Part shown: positions 63,504-64,000 of the stretch, piece after piece
Layout of the letters: every line of letters begins with the position of its first letter
Numbering within the stretch: position 1 is the first letter of the stretch
Origin: Octopus sinensis
Lineage: Eukaryota
Direction of reading: 5' to 3'
DNA: 64,000 nt
NCBI RefSeq assembly: GCF_006345805.1
Contig: NC_043010.1
Location: 62,310,001 to 62,374,000, forward strand
The notes under the pieces: model-generated
Seen by the model: the letters and a program-made list of their open reading frames with translations, nothing else
Database searches by the model: none
What the model was told of the DNA's origin: nothing
Program-made: the position numbers and the translations under genes

Positions 63504-64000
63504 TGACCAGATCCAGTCCCTTACACCTATCCTACAATGTCATTCTAAAAACATATAATATATAATAACAGCTTTAAAATCTCAAAGCAATGAGGTAATG
63601 CACGATCAAGTCAAAACGGCATGAATAAATCAGGATACATTTGACAGAGATATCTGAATGATAAAGGGTTAAAGTGTGAGTGAAGGGGCCAGAACAGAAG
63701 GGGTTTCTTGCTGTAGATGGGTTACATGGCTATTCACATTATAAAAGATAGGGTAGAAGCAGCCAGGGTGGAGCAGGATAGACATACATATAGAGGGGAC
63801 ACGGTGTCAAGGTGGACCCTTAAAGTACAAGGTGAATAGAAATCAATGGAGCAAATGGAGGGAGAGAGTGTGGGGATTGGGGGTAGTTGAGGGGGTGACT
63901 ATAATGAATGAAGAATGAGTGTTGAAGGATAGATTTTTCTATTACCCACAAGGGGTCAATGAGTGTTGAAGGATGATAAGTAAACACTGGAGGAAAGGTA

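Larger units (their letters stand above)
63094..63668. mobile_element. piggyBac-type MITE hosting a hammerhead element
   Basis: TCAA|CCCTTTAGCATT...GATAAAGGG|TTAA; homologous to 14165-14383. Confidence 0.8.

Overview
AT-rich, microsatellite-dense animal genomic DNA. The repeat families and clustered C2H2 genes point to an octopus (coleoid cephalopod); this is an inference, not a database result. Three C2H2 zinc-finger genes each have the whole ORF in one exon: ZNF-A 3090-5429 (+, 15 fingers), ZNF-B 28274-30325 (+, 8 fingers in a duplicated module) and ZNF-C 49904-51871 (-, 11 fingers, polyQ48). The rest is SINEs of at least three tRNA-headed families, LINE remnants (RTE, CR1-like, RLE-type), piggyBac- and hAT-type MITEs, a Helitron, and (TA)n/(AAT)n/(CAT)n tracts. 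Most short ORFs in the track are microsatellite or antisense artefacts. The most interesting signals are: (1) a tRNA-headed non-autonomous element carrying a Penelope-type minimal hammerhead ribozyme motif, at four loci (seven motifs), inserted as inverted dimers, three of them with 10-14 bp TSDs; (2) nine consecutive ZNF-C fingers with the same HQTNL recognition helix despite synonymous divergence, suggesting a triplet-microsatellite reader; (3) fossil Cys-to-Ser zinc fingers in the ZNF-A N-terminus; (4) a conserved finger lacking its last His in ZNF-B, with a related finger in ZNF-C.
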